DNA of 64,000 nucleotides from an uncultured virus (IMG/VR IMGVR_UViG_3300019135_000021) (IMGVR_UViG_3300019135_000021); one strand, 5' to 3'. Counted from the first letter of the stretch, positions 1-9,636 are shown. The notes: generated by a model not told the origin, from the letters alone. Numbers and translations: made by a program.

Positions 1-8
1 AATAAGTA

Positions 9-37
9 TTGACTATTTTAAATAGCCGTAGTATACT
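9..37 (+). promoter_or_regulatory. sigmaA promoter with overlapping palindromic operator
   Basis: TTGACT-17bp-TATACT; GACTATTTtAAATAGCC dyad overlaps the -35. Confidence 0.8.
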
Positions 38-74
38 ATAAACATACGAAGGACTAGGAACGGAGGTTTTTAAA

Positions 75-305
75 ATGTCTAAAGTAATAATATATGTTCA
101 TGGTGGAGTGCCCTACATAGAAGAAAATGACACAAATACTAGCGTTATGATAATCGACTGGGACAATGAAGACCAACAAAGTTCATTAGCGGACAGAGAA
201 GAAAACAGTGTAATCGTTGAAGTGTTCGGAGGTGTAGCAGAGTGCACTCATAAAGGAAAGGGAATAGATGTTGAAATAATTGATTTTGACAACCTAACAA
301 ACTAA
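75..305 (+). CDS. hypothetical phage protein
   Basis: ORF with GGAGG RBS; internally repeated V-x-GGV motif. Confidence 0.75.
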   Translation: MSKVIIYVHGGVPYIEENDTNTSVMIIDWDNEDQQSSLADREENSVIVEVFGGVAECTHKGKGIDVEIIDFDNLTN

Positions 306-357
306 TTAAAAGTAATTGTATAAAATCTATATTTTAAACAGATTAGGAGCGATTATA

Positions 358-600
358 ATGGCGTATAAATGGGAAAAAGAATGTTTACAAAAATATGGAA
401 AGGAAGAAACTTTTCATTTAATCGAAGAACAGCGGGCTTATGAAAGAAAACATAAAGATAATCCTTGTAATAATTGTGGAAATGGGAACCAAGGTGCCAT
501 TTTAGAATATTCCAAAGGCAAATTGAAAGGTAAGCCCTTTTTAATGCGTTATGGATTATGGTCTAATAAGCGTTGTGAATATTGTGGTAGACACCAGTAA
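358..600 (+). CDS. hypothetical Cys-rich (Zn-binding?) protein
   Basis: AGGAG RBS before ATG 358; two CxxC pairs. Confidence 0.7.
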   Translation: MAYKWEKECLQKYGKEETFHLIEEQRAYERKHKDNPCNNCGNGNQGAILEYSKGKLKGKPFLMRYGLWSNKRCEYCGRHQ

Positions 601-661
601 TTGATGTCTTGAATGCTTAAGAGAGATCAAAAATGAATTAAAAATAAATTAAAAATATATG

Positions 662-690
662 TTGACTAATTAAAATAGTCATAGTATAAT
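662..690 (+). promoter_or_regulatory. sigmaA promoter with palindromic operator
   Basis: TTGACT-17bp-TATAAT; TGACTAATTaAAATAGTCA dyad. Confidence 0.8.
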
Positions 691-763
691 AAAAACATAA
701 GAAAAAGCAATTAATAAAAACCTAAACACTAATTAAAAGTAAAGCATAAAAGAGGAGAAGAAA

Positions 764-1114
764 ATGAGAAATAAAAAGTTAATGGAAAAAGTAAATGATT
801 TAGGTACTCAAAATTTAAGCACAAGAGAGCATAGTACAAGAGTAATGATACAAATAGCAATAATCATGAAAGCGTTTGGAGTTAAAAGAGATGAAATCAA
901 CAAGCCAGTAAGAGATTATGAGAGAGAGATTATTCTATCCGATGATGAAATAAGAAAAGAATTCTATAGTGAATTAAAATTCCTAAACAGAGTTAAAGAA
1001 AAAAATGATATCGATAAAATAAAAGAGTTTAAAAATGGAGTTCACTATTTTATTGACGCTGTAAGATTTTTTAATGCTAGCTTAGCAGATGAGTTTGAAA
1101 CATATGTTAATTGA
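764..1114 (+). CDS. hypothetical phage protein
   Basis: ORF with GAGGAG RBS. Confidence 0.75.
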   Translation: MRNKKLMEKVNDLGTQNLSTREHSTRVMIQIAIIMKAFGVKRDEINKPVRDYEREIILSDDEIRKEFYSELKFLNRVKEKNDIDKIKEFKNGVHYFIDAVRFFNASLADEFETYVN

Positions 1115-1134
1115 AAAAGAATGGAGCGGTTAAA

Positions 1135-1686
1135 ATGACAAAACAGTATATCATTAAAGATCTTCAAACGGGAGACTTTTCACACCATACTACGCTAAAC
1201 GATATTTTTGAGGACTTGGTTCAAGATTATCTTTCTAATGATTGGACTGATGAAGAAGCCGGGGAGAACGAAACAAAATTTAAACAGTACACAGAAGATG
1301 AAAAAATAGATTTTGTCCAAGACGAGTATGAATATAAATTAATTGCATATCCTACTCCGCAACAGATAGCAGAGTGGGAGGAGTTCACCGGGAGGAAATG
1401 GGAAGAAGCCAAAGAACCTAACAGGGTGTTTGTCGTCTATACTCTGCATATTCGGGACAGAGGGAGAGGAGGGCACACTTGGGGCATTAAAGGTTTGTTC
1501 TATGATCGACACGAAGCAAACAAAAAAGCTATCGCAATAAGGAACGAACATATAGAAGAATGGTACACTTCTAAAAACGACAATTCTTATGAAGTATACG
1601 AGTTTATGAAAGGCTTAAATACTAGCAGTGTAGAGAGTGATAACAGTTCTTTTGAAATCAGTGTAACAGAAGAATATTGCGAGTAA
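1135..1686 (+). CDS. hypothetical acidic phage protein
   Basis: GGAG RBS before ATG 1135. Confidence 0.75.
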   Translation: MTKQYIIKDLQTGDFSHHTTLNDIFEDLVQDYLSNDWTDEEAGENETKFKQYTEDEKIDFVQDEYEYKLIAYPTPQQIAEWEEFTGRKWEEAKEPNRVFVVYTLHIRDRGRGGHTWGIKGLFYDRHEANKKAIAIRNEHIEEWYTSKNDNSYEVYEFMKGLNTSSVESDNSSFEISVTEEYCE

Positions 1687-1718
1687 AGATATTTTACATA
1701 GATGGGAAGGAGTTAACA

Positions 1719-1931
1719 ATGACACACAATGAAAAATTACTAAACGCATTAATGCAGTTCAAAAATTCAGCATATGAAATTCGGGATCTTTGGGAGCAAG
1801 CTGACAGCATAACAGATAGTGATCTTTGTGATGATTATCCATTTGATAATGATTTTTGTGAAGTTGTTGAAAAGATAGGTGACTGGGTAATGACACAAAA
1901 TAGCTTATTAAACCAAGATAAAACAAATTAA
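1719..1931 (+). CDS. hypothetical phage protein
   Basis: AAGGAG RBS before ATG 1719. Confidence 0.7.
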   Translation: MTHNEKLLNALMQFKNSAYEIRDLWEQADSITDSDLCDDYPFDNDFCEVVEKIGDWVMTQNSLLNQDKTN

Positions 1932-2102
1932 AATGATTTATTGTGTAAAAGGGGATGTAACAGACATCGGTATAACAGTCGTGGCGGCGACGTTAAATAG
2001 GCATTAAGCCGCCAGCGTTCCCCACATTGGGGAGGTTGCAACAGGAATAACTCTATATTTCATCGCAATAAAATGCAAATTAAAAAGAAAAGGGATGATA
2101 AT

Positions 2103-2297
2103 ATGAATGAAATGGATTTAATTCATGCGTTTAAATCAATGCTAATGGTAGCTAGAGAATACGAGGTAAAAATTGATGAGAAGTACGAAGAATTAGAAAA
2201 TATCCTATTAGAAGAGTATGACTTAGAAGTGGTTCATACAGTGGATCATGACATGATGGATAGTATGGAAAAGGTGTATCAACTATTAAATAAATAA
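2103..2297 (+). CDS. hypothetical phage protein
   Basis: ORF; stop codon embedded in TAAAA-N6-TTTTA motif. Confidence 0.65.
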   Translation: MNEMDLIHAFKSMLMVAREYEVKIDEKYEELENILLEEYDLEVVHTVDHDMMDSMEKVYQLLNK

Positions 2298-2330
2298 AAT
2301 GCATATTTTAAACAGAATGGAGAGATTGAA

Positions 2331-2591
2331 ATGAGTTATGGTGGTTACTTCGGAAAATTGGATAAAAAATCAATAGTCTATGTTTTGGATAATGAGATAG
2401 CTAACTTAAAAGATGAGGTTATTGGAAAAGAACGTGATTTAGAGTCTCTATGGTTTAAGTATAGAAAATTACATCAAGTCCTCTACGGACAAGGAGATAC
2501 TTTACTATCTAATACAAATAAAGTTCGGTTCGAAAGTAGGCTTAACACTGTTCTGAAAAAGTTGGAGAAACTAGAAGGCGAGAAGAAATGA
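2331..2591 (+). CDS. hypothetical phage protein
   Basis: ORF with GGAG RBS. Confidence 0.7.
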   Translation: MSYGGYFGKLDKKSIVYVLDNEIANLKDEVIGKERDLESLWFKYRKLHQVLYGQGDTLLSNTNKVRFESRLNTVLKKLEKLEGEKK

Positions 2592-2673
2592 ATTCAAAAG
2601 GAAGCCAGAATGACCTTTAAGCAGATATTAATTTAAATAAAACAACAATTTAAAACAGAATGGAGAGAGCAAA

Positions 2674-2973
2674 ATGAAAACAAATAAATGTGCACTGGAT
2701 TATCTCAAATTAAAAGAAGAGTTAGAAAAAGAGAATATGGTCATTGAAACTGTTAGAAGCAGAAGGAATCGGACTCAAAAACTAACGTACATCTATTTGA
2801 AATCAATGTACATAAAGTATTTTATATTTGTTGATGGTGAAGGTTACTATTCAGAGGGAGAGGAAACTTGCGTAAACGTATATTGTGGGGACGGGGATAC
2901 TAAATACGGAGCGTGGTTTAGAAACTTTAGAGAGTTGGTGGACGAGCTCAAGAAAATAAATAAACTTGGTTGA
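2674..2973 (+). CDS. hypothetical phage protein
   Basis: ORF with GGAG RBS. Confidence 0.7.
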   Translation: MKTNKCALDYLKLKEELEKENMVIETVRSRRNRTQKLTYIYLKSMYIKYFIFVDGEGYYSEGEETCVNVYCGDGDTKYGAWFRNFRELVDELKKINKLG

Positions 2974-3070
2974 AATAAACCAGCAGTTTTATTTTAATTG
3001 CTAAGCAAAAATAGGATTTGTCTTAATAATTCCGAATAAGTTACGATAAGAAAGATAAATAAGGGGGGGA

Positions 3071-3739
3071 ATGGAATTGAAAGTGCTTCATGAGCTATTA
3101 CTTCAAAAAGGAGTTCCAGAATCGCATATAAAAGAAATGAAGAGAATCCTTAACTTTAGGGAAGATACATTTTTATTTTATTATGAGCAAGAAGAAACAA
3201 TCTGTAGTAATATACCTCTTTCGAAAATAAAAAGTCTAGGCTTCAGAGGTTCAAGCGGTTTATCTTGGTTTGACCATGTTTGCGGTAAAGGAGTTAATAT
3301 AGATGAACGGCGTTGCCAAGAAGCTTTTGAACACTTAGTAAAAAAACCCCTTGAAGATTTTCAAAAATTCTATAAACAATTCCCAGTAAAGTTAATATAC
3401 TTTGAAGATGATGATTTTTATGCAGTTAACGGGGATGGAACGCACCGTACACTGTGGGCAAAAATAACTGGAGCTCCAGCAATATCAGCCGAAATTACAA
3501 TTGCTCGAAAAAATTATTTAGCATATGAGGCATTTAATAAAGACTTTGGAGCAACTTTTAAATTTAAAACGCTTCTCCAGAATACAATAAATATTGCACC
3601 GGAGAAAGTTGAATCAATACTCTTATTAGTTATTAGGAAAATAACTGAAAGCGAGAAAATAGGCAAGTACGTGCCTGAATTTATGCGAATGGGGTTAGAT
3701 TTGTATTGTATAGAAAAAGCACTGGTTTATTCCAAATAA
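3071..3739 (+). CDS. ParB/Srx-like domain protein (putative)
   Basis: YAVNGDGTHRT resembles the ParB/Srx DG-x-HR motif. Confidence 0.5.
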   Translation: MELKVLHELLLQKGVPESHIKEMKRILNFREDTFLFYYEQEETICSNIPLSKIKSLGFRGSSGLSWFDHVCGKGVNIDERRCQEAFEHLVKKPLEDFQKFYKQFPVKLIYFEDDDFYAVNGDGTHRTLWAKITGAPAISAEITIARKNYLAYEAFNKDFGATFKFKTLLQNTINIAPEKVESILLLVIRKITESEKIGKYVPEFMRMGLDLYCIEKALVYSK

Positions 3740-3742
3740 AAC

Positions 3743-3979
3743 ATGAATTTTAAACAAATTAAAAGGGATGCAGTAAAATTGCTTGATCAAATACATGATT
3801 GTTTTGTAAGTGTATATAGAAGAGTTCCAAATAAAATGGAATTAAAAATTATTGCAAAGACTTTGCCCGCGGAAATTAAATTCCTTGCTGATCAATGGGG
3901 CTGGAATGATACAGAAGTAGGGGACAAGGTGCTCTATTGGATAGCACAAATGAAAGCAGAAAAGGAGAACCAAATATGA
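3743..3979 (+). CDS. hypothetical phage protein
   Basis: ORF; start uncertain. Confidence 0.6.
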   Translation: MNFKQIKRDAVKLLDQIHDCFVSVYRRVPNKMELKIIAKTLPAEIKFLADQWGWNDTEVGDKVLYWIAQMKAEKENQI

Positions 3980-4131
3980 AGACAGAAAAAGAATATGCTG
4001 TAATGACGCATAGGATATGTCCAAAGTGTAAAAAGAAAATGCTAAAAGTGTTAGGAGCGGAATATCCTAAAACTGTGAAGTGTCCCAATGGCTGTATAAC
4101 AACAAAAGAACTTGCTGTCTTTTGTGCATAA
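3976..4131 (+). CDS. small Zn-ribbon-like protein
   Basis: AAGGAG RBS; CPKC...CPNGC. Confidence 0.6.
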   Translation: MKTEKEYAVMTHRICPKCKKKMLKVLGAEYPKTVKCPNGCITTKELAVFCA

Positions 4132-4163
4132 AAAACGAACTTAACTTAAAGGAGCGGCTTTAA

Positions 4164-4376
4164 ATGAACTTACATAACAACCTATTCCACGAAACGAGAG
4201 AACAGGTCATTTCATACTTACTCACCCCAGAATCCTGTGACATGGTCAAAGAATGGGGGATGCAGGAGCAAGTGCTTGATGAACTTACGGAGGGATATTT
4301 TGAGTTTAAAAAGGAACATCACGGCAACATTAACGAATATATCTCTTGGCGTATAGAGCTGCCTTACTATCATTGA
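4164..4376 (+). CDS. hypothetical phage protein
   Basis: AAGGAG RBS. Confidence 0.7.
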   Translation: MNLHNNLFHETREQVISYLLTPESCDMVKEWGMQEQVLDELTEGYFEFKKEHHGNINEYISWRIELPYYH

Positions 4377-4487
4377 AATACTAATTAAAACAACAATCAT
4401 CACTATAGACTAATGCTGATTTTGAATAAAAACATTATTTTATGAAAAGTTTACTTCTGAAGAGAAGGGGCATTGCTTTGAAAAGTG

Positions 4488-4660
4488 TATAACAGCTCTT
4501 ATCTTTTATTGCGTGCAAATTTTGATACGCAAAGGAATTTTTTAAGATACCACATAGCTCACTTAAAAAATTAAAACAGTATAACAGCAGCGGTAAAAAG
4601 TTGCGGGCAATTTTTACAAAAACGATATAACAGCCAACTTGAAAAAACGCGGGAATTTTC
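4488..4660. repeat. three copies of bipartite motif TATAACAGC-N14-GCG(G/T)G(C)AATTTT
   Basis: Copies start at 4488, 4580 and 4626; the GCG box lies 23 nt after the start in each. Confidence 0.7.
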
Positions 4661-4679
4661 TGAAATAGGTAAATTTTGA

Positions 4680-4708
4680 TTGACGTTTTTAAATAGTCAA
4701 AGTAAAGT
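4680..4708 (+). promoter_or_regulatory. sigmaA promoter/operator of the XRE gene
   Basis: TTGACG-17bp-TAAAGT; TTGACgttTtTAAATAGTCAA dyad. Confidence 0.65.
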
Positions 4709-4727
4709 TGTATATGAGGTGAGAAAA

Positions 4728-4934
4728 ATGATTAGATCAAATTTAAAGGCTATTGCTGATGAGGCAGGTATTTCAATTTCTCGATTAAGTGCCGAAATAA
4801 ATCATGGGAAAGAAACCGTTAGGAAAATGTACAATGATGACATGGAGCGGTTCCCAAGAGAATTGCTTGATAAGCTCTGCAAGCATTTCAACTGTGAACC
4901 AGGAGACTTGATAAAATTCGAAAAAGATGAATAA
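4728..4934 (+). CDS. XRE/Cro-C1 HTH transcriptional regulator
   Basis: [10 protein letters not shown]...[16 protein letters not shown] signature; GAGGTG RBS. Confidence 0.85.
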   Translation: MIRSNLKAIADEAGISISRLSAEINHGKETVRKMYNDDMERFPRELLDKLCKHFNCEPGDLIKFEKDE

Positions 4935-4949
4935 ATTTCTAATTAATTA

Positions 4950-4978
4950 TTGACTATTTAAAATAGCCGCTATATAAT
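4950..4978 (+). promoter_or_regulatory. sigmaA promoter with palindromic operator
   Basis: TTGACT-17bp-TATAAT; GACTATTTaAAATAGCC. Confidence 0.8.
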
Positions 4979-5016
4979 TAAATCAGAGTTAAACAAATTA
5001 AATGTAATGAGGGGTA

Positions 5017-5229
5017 ATGGTAATGACAAATCAATTTAATAAATCATTTACAGAGGCATTGGAAGAACTGGTAAGTGGCAAAGCAGGCTTTGCTCAGGGA
5101 GAATTCTTTGATAAGGGACTTTATCTTGAATTTGATAAAACAGGAGTGTTACAAGAAGTAGACGCAAAAGGGACTTTTCAAAAAAATAAATGCGATTATT
5201 TCCACAGGGATGCTCAAACAAAAATATAA
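5017..5229 (+). CDS. hypothetical protein, possibly frameshifted in the A-run near 5180
   Basis: ORF with RBS; an alternative frame continues to about 5267. Confidence 0.5.
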   Translation: MVMTNQFNKSFTEALEELVSGKAGFAQGEFFDKGLYLEFDKTGVLQEVDAKGTFQKNKCDYFHRDAQTKI

Positions 5230-5285
5230 AACATTTAAAATTGCAAATAAGCAAGAAATCGGACTAACAGAAAAGAGTTGATCGA

Positions 5286-5519
5286 ATGATGAAGCCATAT
5301 AGCACTTTGGAGGATGCTTTACAGGACTATAAAAATCGACTGCAGCGAAGAAAAATAATGCTTGAGAAGCTCTATAATAAGCGAAGAGACATAGAATTGA
5401 CAGTAAAAGAGGAATACAAAGTTTTGATGCTGGAAGCTGAAAAGAGACTTATAGAAGAATTTCTTCATGATCTTGAAGAAATAAAGAAAGAAAAGGAGAA
5501 ATGCCAATGCGGTCACTAA
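5286..5519 (+). CDS. hypothetical coiled-coil protein
   Basis: ORF. Confidence 0.65.
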   Translation: MMKPYSTLEDALQDYKNRLQRRKIMLEKLYNKRRDIELTVKEEYKVLMLEAEKRLIEEFLHDLEEIKKEKEKCQCGH

Positions 5520-5902
5520 TAATGGATCTTAAAGAAGAGATCGTTGAATTAGAAGAGGCTTTACGAAAAGCGGAAACTAATACTGTTAGAGGTGTATTAC
5601 AAGAAGCAATTTGGGACAGAAATTCAAAAATTGAAAAACTAAGACCAAATGGATTTGTTTTAGCTGATATAAGCCTTAAAGATGGAACGCTTTTGAACAG
5701 ATGCCTCGTATTCTCCACAAATGATGGGATAGGAACTGATGCGGTCTCTGATACTGAGGAGGCAGAAAGCATTTTAAAGAATGACGAAGAAGTGTATTTA
5801 CAGCAAGAATATAATGACGGCAATTTTGCTGGAGATGTTGAAACAAATACGATTGAAAGTTATAAGCTGTACTATGAAAATTGTCTATCAGAGGATAGTT
5901 AA
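5501..5902 (+). CDS. hypothetical phage protein
   Basis: AAGGAG RBS. Confidence 0.75.
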   Translation: MPMRSLIMDLKEEIVELEEALRKAETNTVRGVLQEAIWDRNSKIEKLRPNGFVLADISLKDGTLLNRCLVFSTNDGIGTDAVSDTEEAESILKNDEEVYLQQEYNDGNFAGDVETNTIESYKLYYENCLSEDS

Positions 5903-5960
5903 TTCTAATGAATCTGAATGAAATCATACTTTAAAATAAATTAAAAAACAAGGAAAAGGA

Positions 5961-6188
5961 TTGAGGGAAATGAATAACTTAGAACAACATTTGAAAGAGC
6001 AAACAGATGCCTTTCTAATCGATTGCTTTAATGAAATTGAGGAATGGGGAAAATCTAGAGTCTTGGGGCAGGGGAAGGTCAGAAATCTGTATGAGTCGTT
6101 TAATTTGAATATTACTCAACTTCACATGATTAGTCAGGTTATTTACAAGGAAATGGCATCACGGTTTGTTGAAAGCAAAGTGGATTGA
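5961..6188 (+). CDS. hypothetical phage protein
   Basis: ORF. Confidence 0.65.
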   Translation: MREMNNLEQHLKEQTDAFLIDCFNEIEEWGKSRVLGQGKVRNLYESFNLNITQLHMISQVIYKEMASRFVESKVD

Positions 6189-6242
6189 AGATAGGCGAAC
6201 ATAAAAAGAGAAAGGAGGGTATGACAATGCCAGTATGGAGAC

Positions 6243-6494
6243 ATGAGATTACCGATTAAACAATGCTTAACAAATGAAGAGTCGGGTCACGCTGTGCTTC
6301 AATTTGTAACAAACACACTTCCTAAATTGAAATTCATTTTAAGAAGAGAAGAAAGACGAATTGAAAAAGGAAGCGTCCATGCCCTTGATTGGCTTATTGA
6401 AAATGGTGGAGATCCTGCAGAATTTGATTTTGATAACTGGGTTGACGCTTTAAACGAATACCTTAATTGCCTGTATGTATTGGTGACACGGTAA
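6243..6494 (+). CDS. hypothetical phage protein
   Basis: ORF. Confidence 0.6.
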   Translation: MRLPIKQCLTNEESGHAVLQFVTNTLPKLKFILRREERRIEKGSVHALDWLIENGGDPAEFDFDNWVDALNEYLNCLYVLVTR

Positions 6495-6559
6495 CACTTT
6501 CTAGAGACTCAAGAGTTAACGATGAGAAATCTTTGTGGATTTCCTAATTTTAATAAAGG

Positions 6560-6871
6560 ATGATAAATCAAATGGATAACAGCTCAACTTCAGTCAGATC
6601 TTTAATTTTTAGCACGCATATCGAAAGATTGAAAGAGTTGCTGTTTAAACTGCATGATGGATCAATTACAAAAGAAGAGCTCCGGGAATTATCCAAGATC
6701 CATTTAGAGTGTATGGGAATGACCGCGCATGTGGTTGGGGAAGCAAACGAATTTCTTTTAAAGTCTGATTTGCTTCCTGAAGACGATGCTAAAGAAATAA
6801 ATGAGCTGCTACATAAGATCAAGGAAAGCAAAAAGGAAAAGAAAGATTTTTCTGATCAAGAATTAGAATAA
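6560..6871 (+). CDS. hypothetical phage protein
   Basis: ORF. Confidence 0.7.
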   Translation: MINQMDNSSTSVRSLIFSTHIERLKELLFKLHDGSITKEELRELSKIHLECMGMTAHVVGEANEFLLKSDLLPEDDAKEINELLHKIKESKKEKKDFSDQELE

Positions 6872-6903
6872 AACCAGTCTTTTAACGGAAAAGGAGCAAG
6901 AAA

Positions 6904-7746
6904 ATGTCCAAAATAAAGCATGAGAATATTGCTACTTCCTCTGCAATACGAATTGCTAGCATAGTTAATGAATACTTGTACGATGATGATATCTTTTCGC
7001 TGGAAGATGCCATTGACATTTACGATATAAACGTTGTGCAACGTATGTTTAAGCCGAATAAAAAAACATTATTACACTATTTTATTGAAATGTTTTGTGA
7101 CCCATATGAGGATATCGATTCATTACACAAAAACTTAGATGAAGAGGAAGCATTGAAAATTATTTTGCCAATCTTAAAAGAGTATAAACAAATCGATAAT
7201 ATAGAGGGATTTATTTTTGATGATTTTGTAATTAGTGAAAGAATCAATAACGACTATGATCAATTCATTAAAAATATGCAAGAGTTTATTACCCGTAATA
7301 ATAAGTTAATTATAGATCACTTAGTTCATTCGACATTTCAGATATTGTTTTTGGACAGGAGCTTCCTTCATGACTTTCACAAAAAAGTCTCCGAGATTGT
7401 TAAAAAAAATATAGTATACCTTGCTTCTACATACCCGGAACATTTCACAGTGAAACAAAGGATTAAACGAACCGAATATTGGAATACTTGGTTGGAACAT
7501 GCGATTTTCTACAGAGATAAAGGTCATTGTGTTATATGTAGAACTGATTTAACAAAGACACTCAGTGTAACCGGAACTGTACACATAGATCACATAATTC
7601 CTCTAGAGTTATTCGGCAGTAATGATTCTTCTAATCTTCAATTGTTATGTGAATCGTGCAATACATCTAAAGGTGCAAGAACGACTGAGACGAATAATAT
7701 GAATGTACCTTTTTGGAATTATGATTATAAGGATAAAACTGAATAA
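6904..7746 (+). CDS. HNH endonuclease domain protein (C-terminal HNH)
   Basis: RDKGHCVIC...HIDHIIP...GSN...NLQLLCESCN. Confidence 0.85.
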   Translation: MSKIKHENIATSSAIRIASIVNEYLYDDDIFSLEDAIDIYDINVVQRMFKPNKKTLLHYFIEMFCDPYEDIDSLHKNLDEEEALKIILPILKEYKQIDNIEGFIFDDFVISERINNDYDQFIKNMQEFITRNNKLIIDHLVHSTFQILFLDRSFLHDFHKKVSEIVKKNIVYLASTYPEHFTVKQRIKRTEYWNTWLEHAIFYRDKGHCVICRTDLTKTLSVTGTVHIDHIIPLELFGSNDSSNLQLLCESCNTSKGARTTETNNMNVPFWNYDYKDKTE

Positions 7747-7763
7747 AATAACAATTTTAAAGG

Positions 7764-8030
7764 GTGTTAACTATGAGAGTTAATCGAAATCCGTTAAGGA
7801 AAGTAATAGGAACAATACAAGTTAAATTTTCATCTGACGCCCTATATTCAATACCTATGGAAGTCTATGAATGTGGACATTATGCTCCCACAAAACAAGA
7901 CAAAATTGGCGAATACGAAGTAGTAAGAAGAAGATGTGCGAAATGTGGAAGTGGGAAGCCTCCTCAACTAACAAATTTAGAAATAGAACAGATTAAGAAC
8001 GGTGAACGATTGTTTAAGATAGAAGAATAG
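7764..8030 (+). CDS. hypothetical Zn-finger-like protein
   Basis: ECGH...CAKC. Confidence 0.6.
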   Translation: MLTMRVNRNPLRKVIGTIQVKFSSDALYSIPMEVYECGHYAPTKQDKIGEYEVVRRRCAKCGSGKPPQLTNLEIEQIKNGERLFKIEE

Positions 8031-8051
8031 ACCGAAAAAAGGGCGCTGTGT

Positions 8052-8237
8052 ATGCTACGAATAATTTTGAATGATGACCAGACGCTTTTAAACGATCCTT
8101 CAATAGGGTGGAATCTCAGCTCAATACACGCTATCAATGAAACTTTAAATGATACAGGAAGATATGATTTGTATACAAAGGAAAACGGGTGGCAGTGTCT
8201 TTCTGCTAATGATATTAAGACACTGCAAAAAGTTTAA
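8052..8237 (+). CDS. hypothetical protein
   Basis: ORF. Confidence 0.55.
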   Translation: MLRIILNDDQTLLNDPSIGWNLSSIHAINETLNDTGRYDLYTKENGWQCLSANDIKTLQKV

Positions 8238-8276
8238 ATAAAACAACTCTTTTAACGAAAGAGAGAGGAAAGGTTT

Positions 8277-9374
8277 ATGACAGGAGTTTTAAAAGAAAAA
8301 ATTAAGAGTTTAATTGAACTTGGCTATGAAGGGGAGTATTGGGATTTAAAAGAAAAATGGCATGATGACAATGGAAAATTGGTACATGATATTTTATGTT
8401 TTGCTAATACTTTTCATGACCATGATTGTTATATTATAGTTGGAGTTTCTGATTTAGGTGAAATTAAAGGTTTGGAAGAACATGAAAAGAAAAAACAAGC
8501 AAATCTAATAGATATGCTTAGAAATATTAGCTTTGCTGGTGACAGACCGAAAGTGTTTTTAAAATCATTATTAATAGATGGAAAATTCATTGATGTATTA
8601 ATCATTCCAAATTCAATAAATGTTCCTTATTTTTTGAGGAAACCGTACAGAAAAGTTAAGGAAGGATACATCTATACAAGAACTGGAGATAGTAATACTC
8701 CAATTAATCAAAATTCTTCAATATCAACCATTGAATCGTTATGGAAAAAGCGATTTGGCTTTAACAAAACAGGACTAGAAAGGTTCAGTCATCTTTTGAA
8801 AGATAAAGATAATTGGAACTCCAATGATTATGGATACTATCATACTCTTAGTCCAGAGTATGCAATGAAATATAAGTTCTCTGATTCATTAAGAGAGACT
8901 ATATCAGAGTTCTATTCTTATGTAATGTATAGTGAGCACACGTCAGTTGAGCAAATTGAGCTTGAAGTAAATGGCACAGTTCTTAAGGAAATAGAGTTAA
9001 TAACATTAGATAGCGGGAGGTATACCACACCTTCGCCAGAGTGGGGTTATATCAAATTCAACTTCAATGATGTATTTGATTTTAAGTATTTTATAGTCGA
9101 TGACCTTAGATATAATTTACATTCTTTCTTTATTGATGAAGAAAGCGAAGATGGAATGATCGCTTACAAAAATTTCATGGAAGTTACTTTAACGTTTAAA
9201 AACAGTATTGAGAAAGAAGATTTTGTAAATTTCGTTTATCACAAAGAGGCTGATTTCAAGAATAAGCTAGAACATGAATCTAAGCAATATTTTAAAACGG
9301 ATAACGAAATATTCCAAAGAAGGATTGTAACAGCTCGCATATTAAAACAAATGCTTGAAGAATTTCGAGGTTAA
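8277..9374 (+). CDS. Schlafen/AlbA_2-domain protein
   Basis: N-terminal EGEYWDLKE...DILCFAN...YIIVGVSD...IYTRTGDS motifs. Confidence 0.8.
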   Translation: MTGVLKEKIKSLIELGYEGEYWDLKEKWHDDNGKLVHDILCFANTFHDHDCYIIVGVSDLGEIKGLEEHEKKKQANLIDMLRNISFAGDRPKVFLKSLLIDGKFIDVLIIPNSINVPYFLRKPYRKVKEGYIYTRTGDSNTPINQNSSISTIESLWKKRFGFNKTGLERFSHLLKDKDNWNSNDYGYYHTLSPEYAMKYKFSDSLRETISEFYSYVMYSEHTSVEQIELEVNGTVLKEIELITLDSGRYTTPSPEWGYIKFNFNDVFDFKYFIVDDLRYNLHSFFIDEESEDGMIAYKNFMEVTLTFKNSIEKEDFVNFVYHKEADFKNKLEHESKQYFKTDNEIFQRRIVTARILKQMLEEFRG

Positions 9375-9411
9375 AAAACTACGATTTTTTAAGAAAGTGT
9401 TGGTGAATACA

Positions 9412-9636
9412 ATGGTAAAAATGATTACGGTCTGGTACAAATACGATGATAAGCGCAGCGAAGCGAAACTAAATCATATTGAAGATGGATGGATAAATGA
9501 AGACTATCCAAAACCCAAAGATCCATCATATTCAAATCAAGAAGCTTGGAAAAAAAGTAATTGGGAAAGGAAGCATGCCTATTTAGATGAACAATATCAT
9601 GTGTTAAATGTTCCACCAGCGAATTGGGTTAAATAA
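9412..9636 (+). CDS. hypothetical phage protein
   Basis: ORF, GGTG RBS. Confidence 0.65.
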   Translation: MVKMITVWYKYDDKRSEAKLNHIEDGWINEDYPKPKDPSYSNQEAWKKSNWERKHAYLDEQYHVLNVPPANWVK

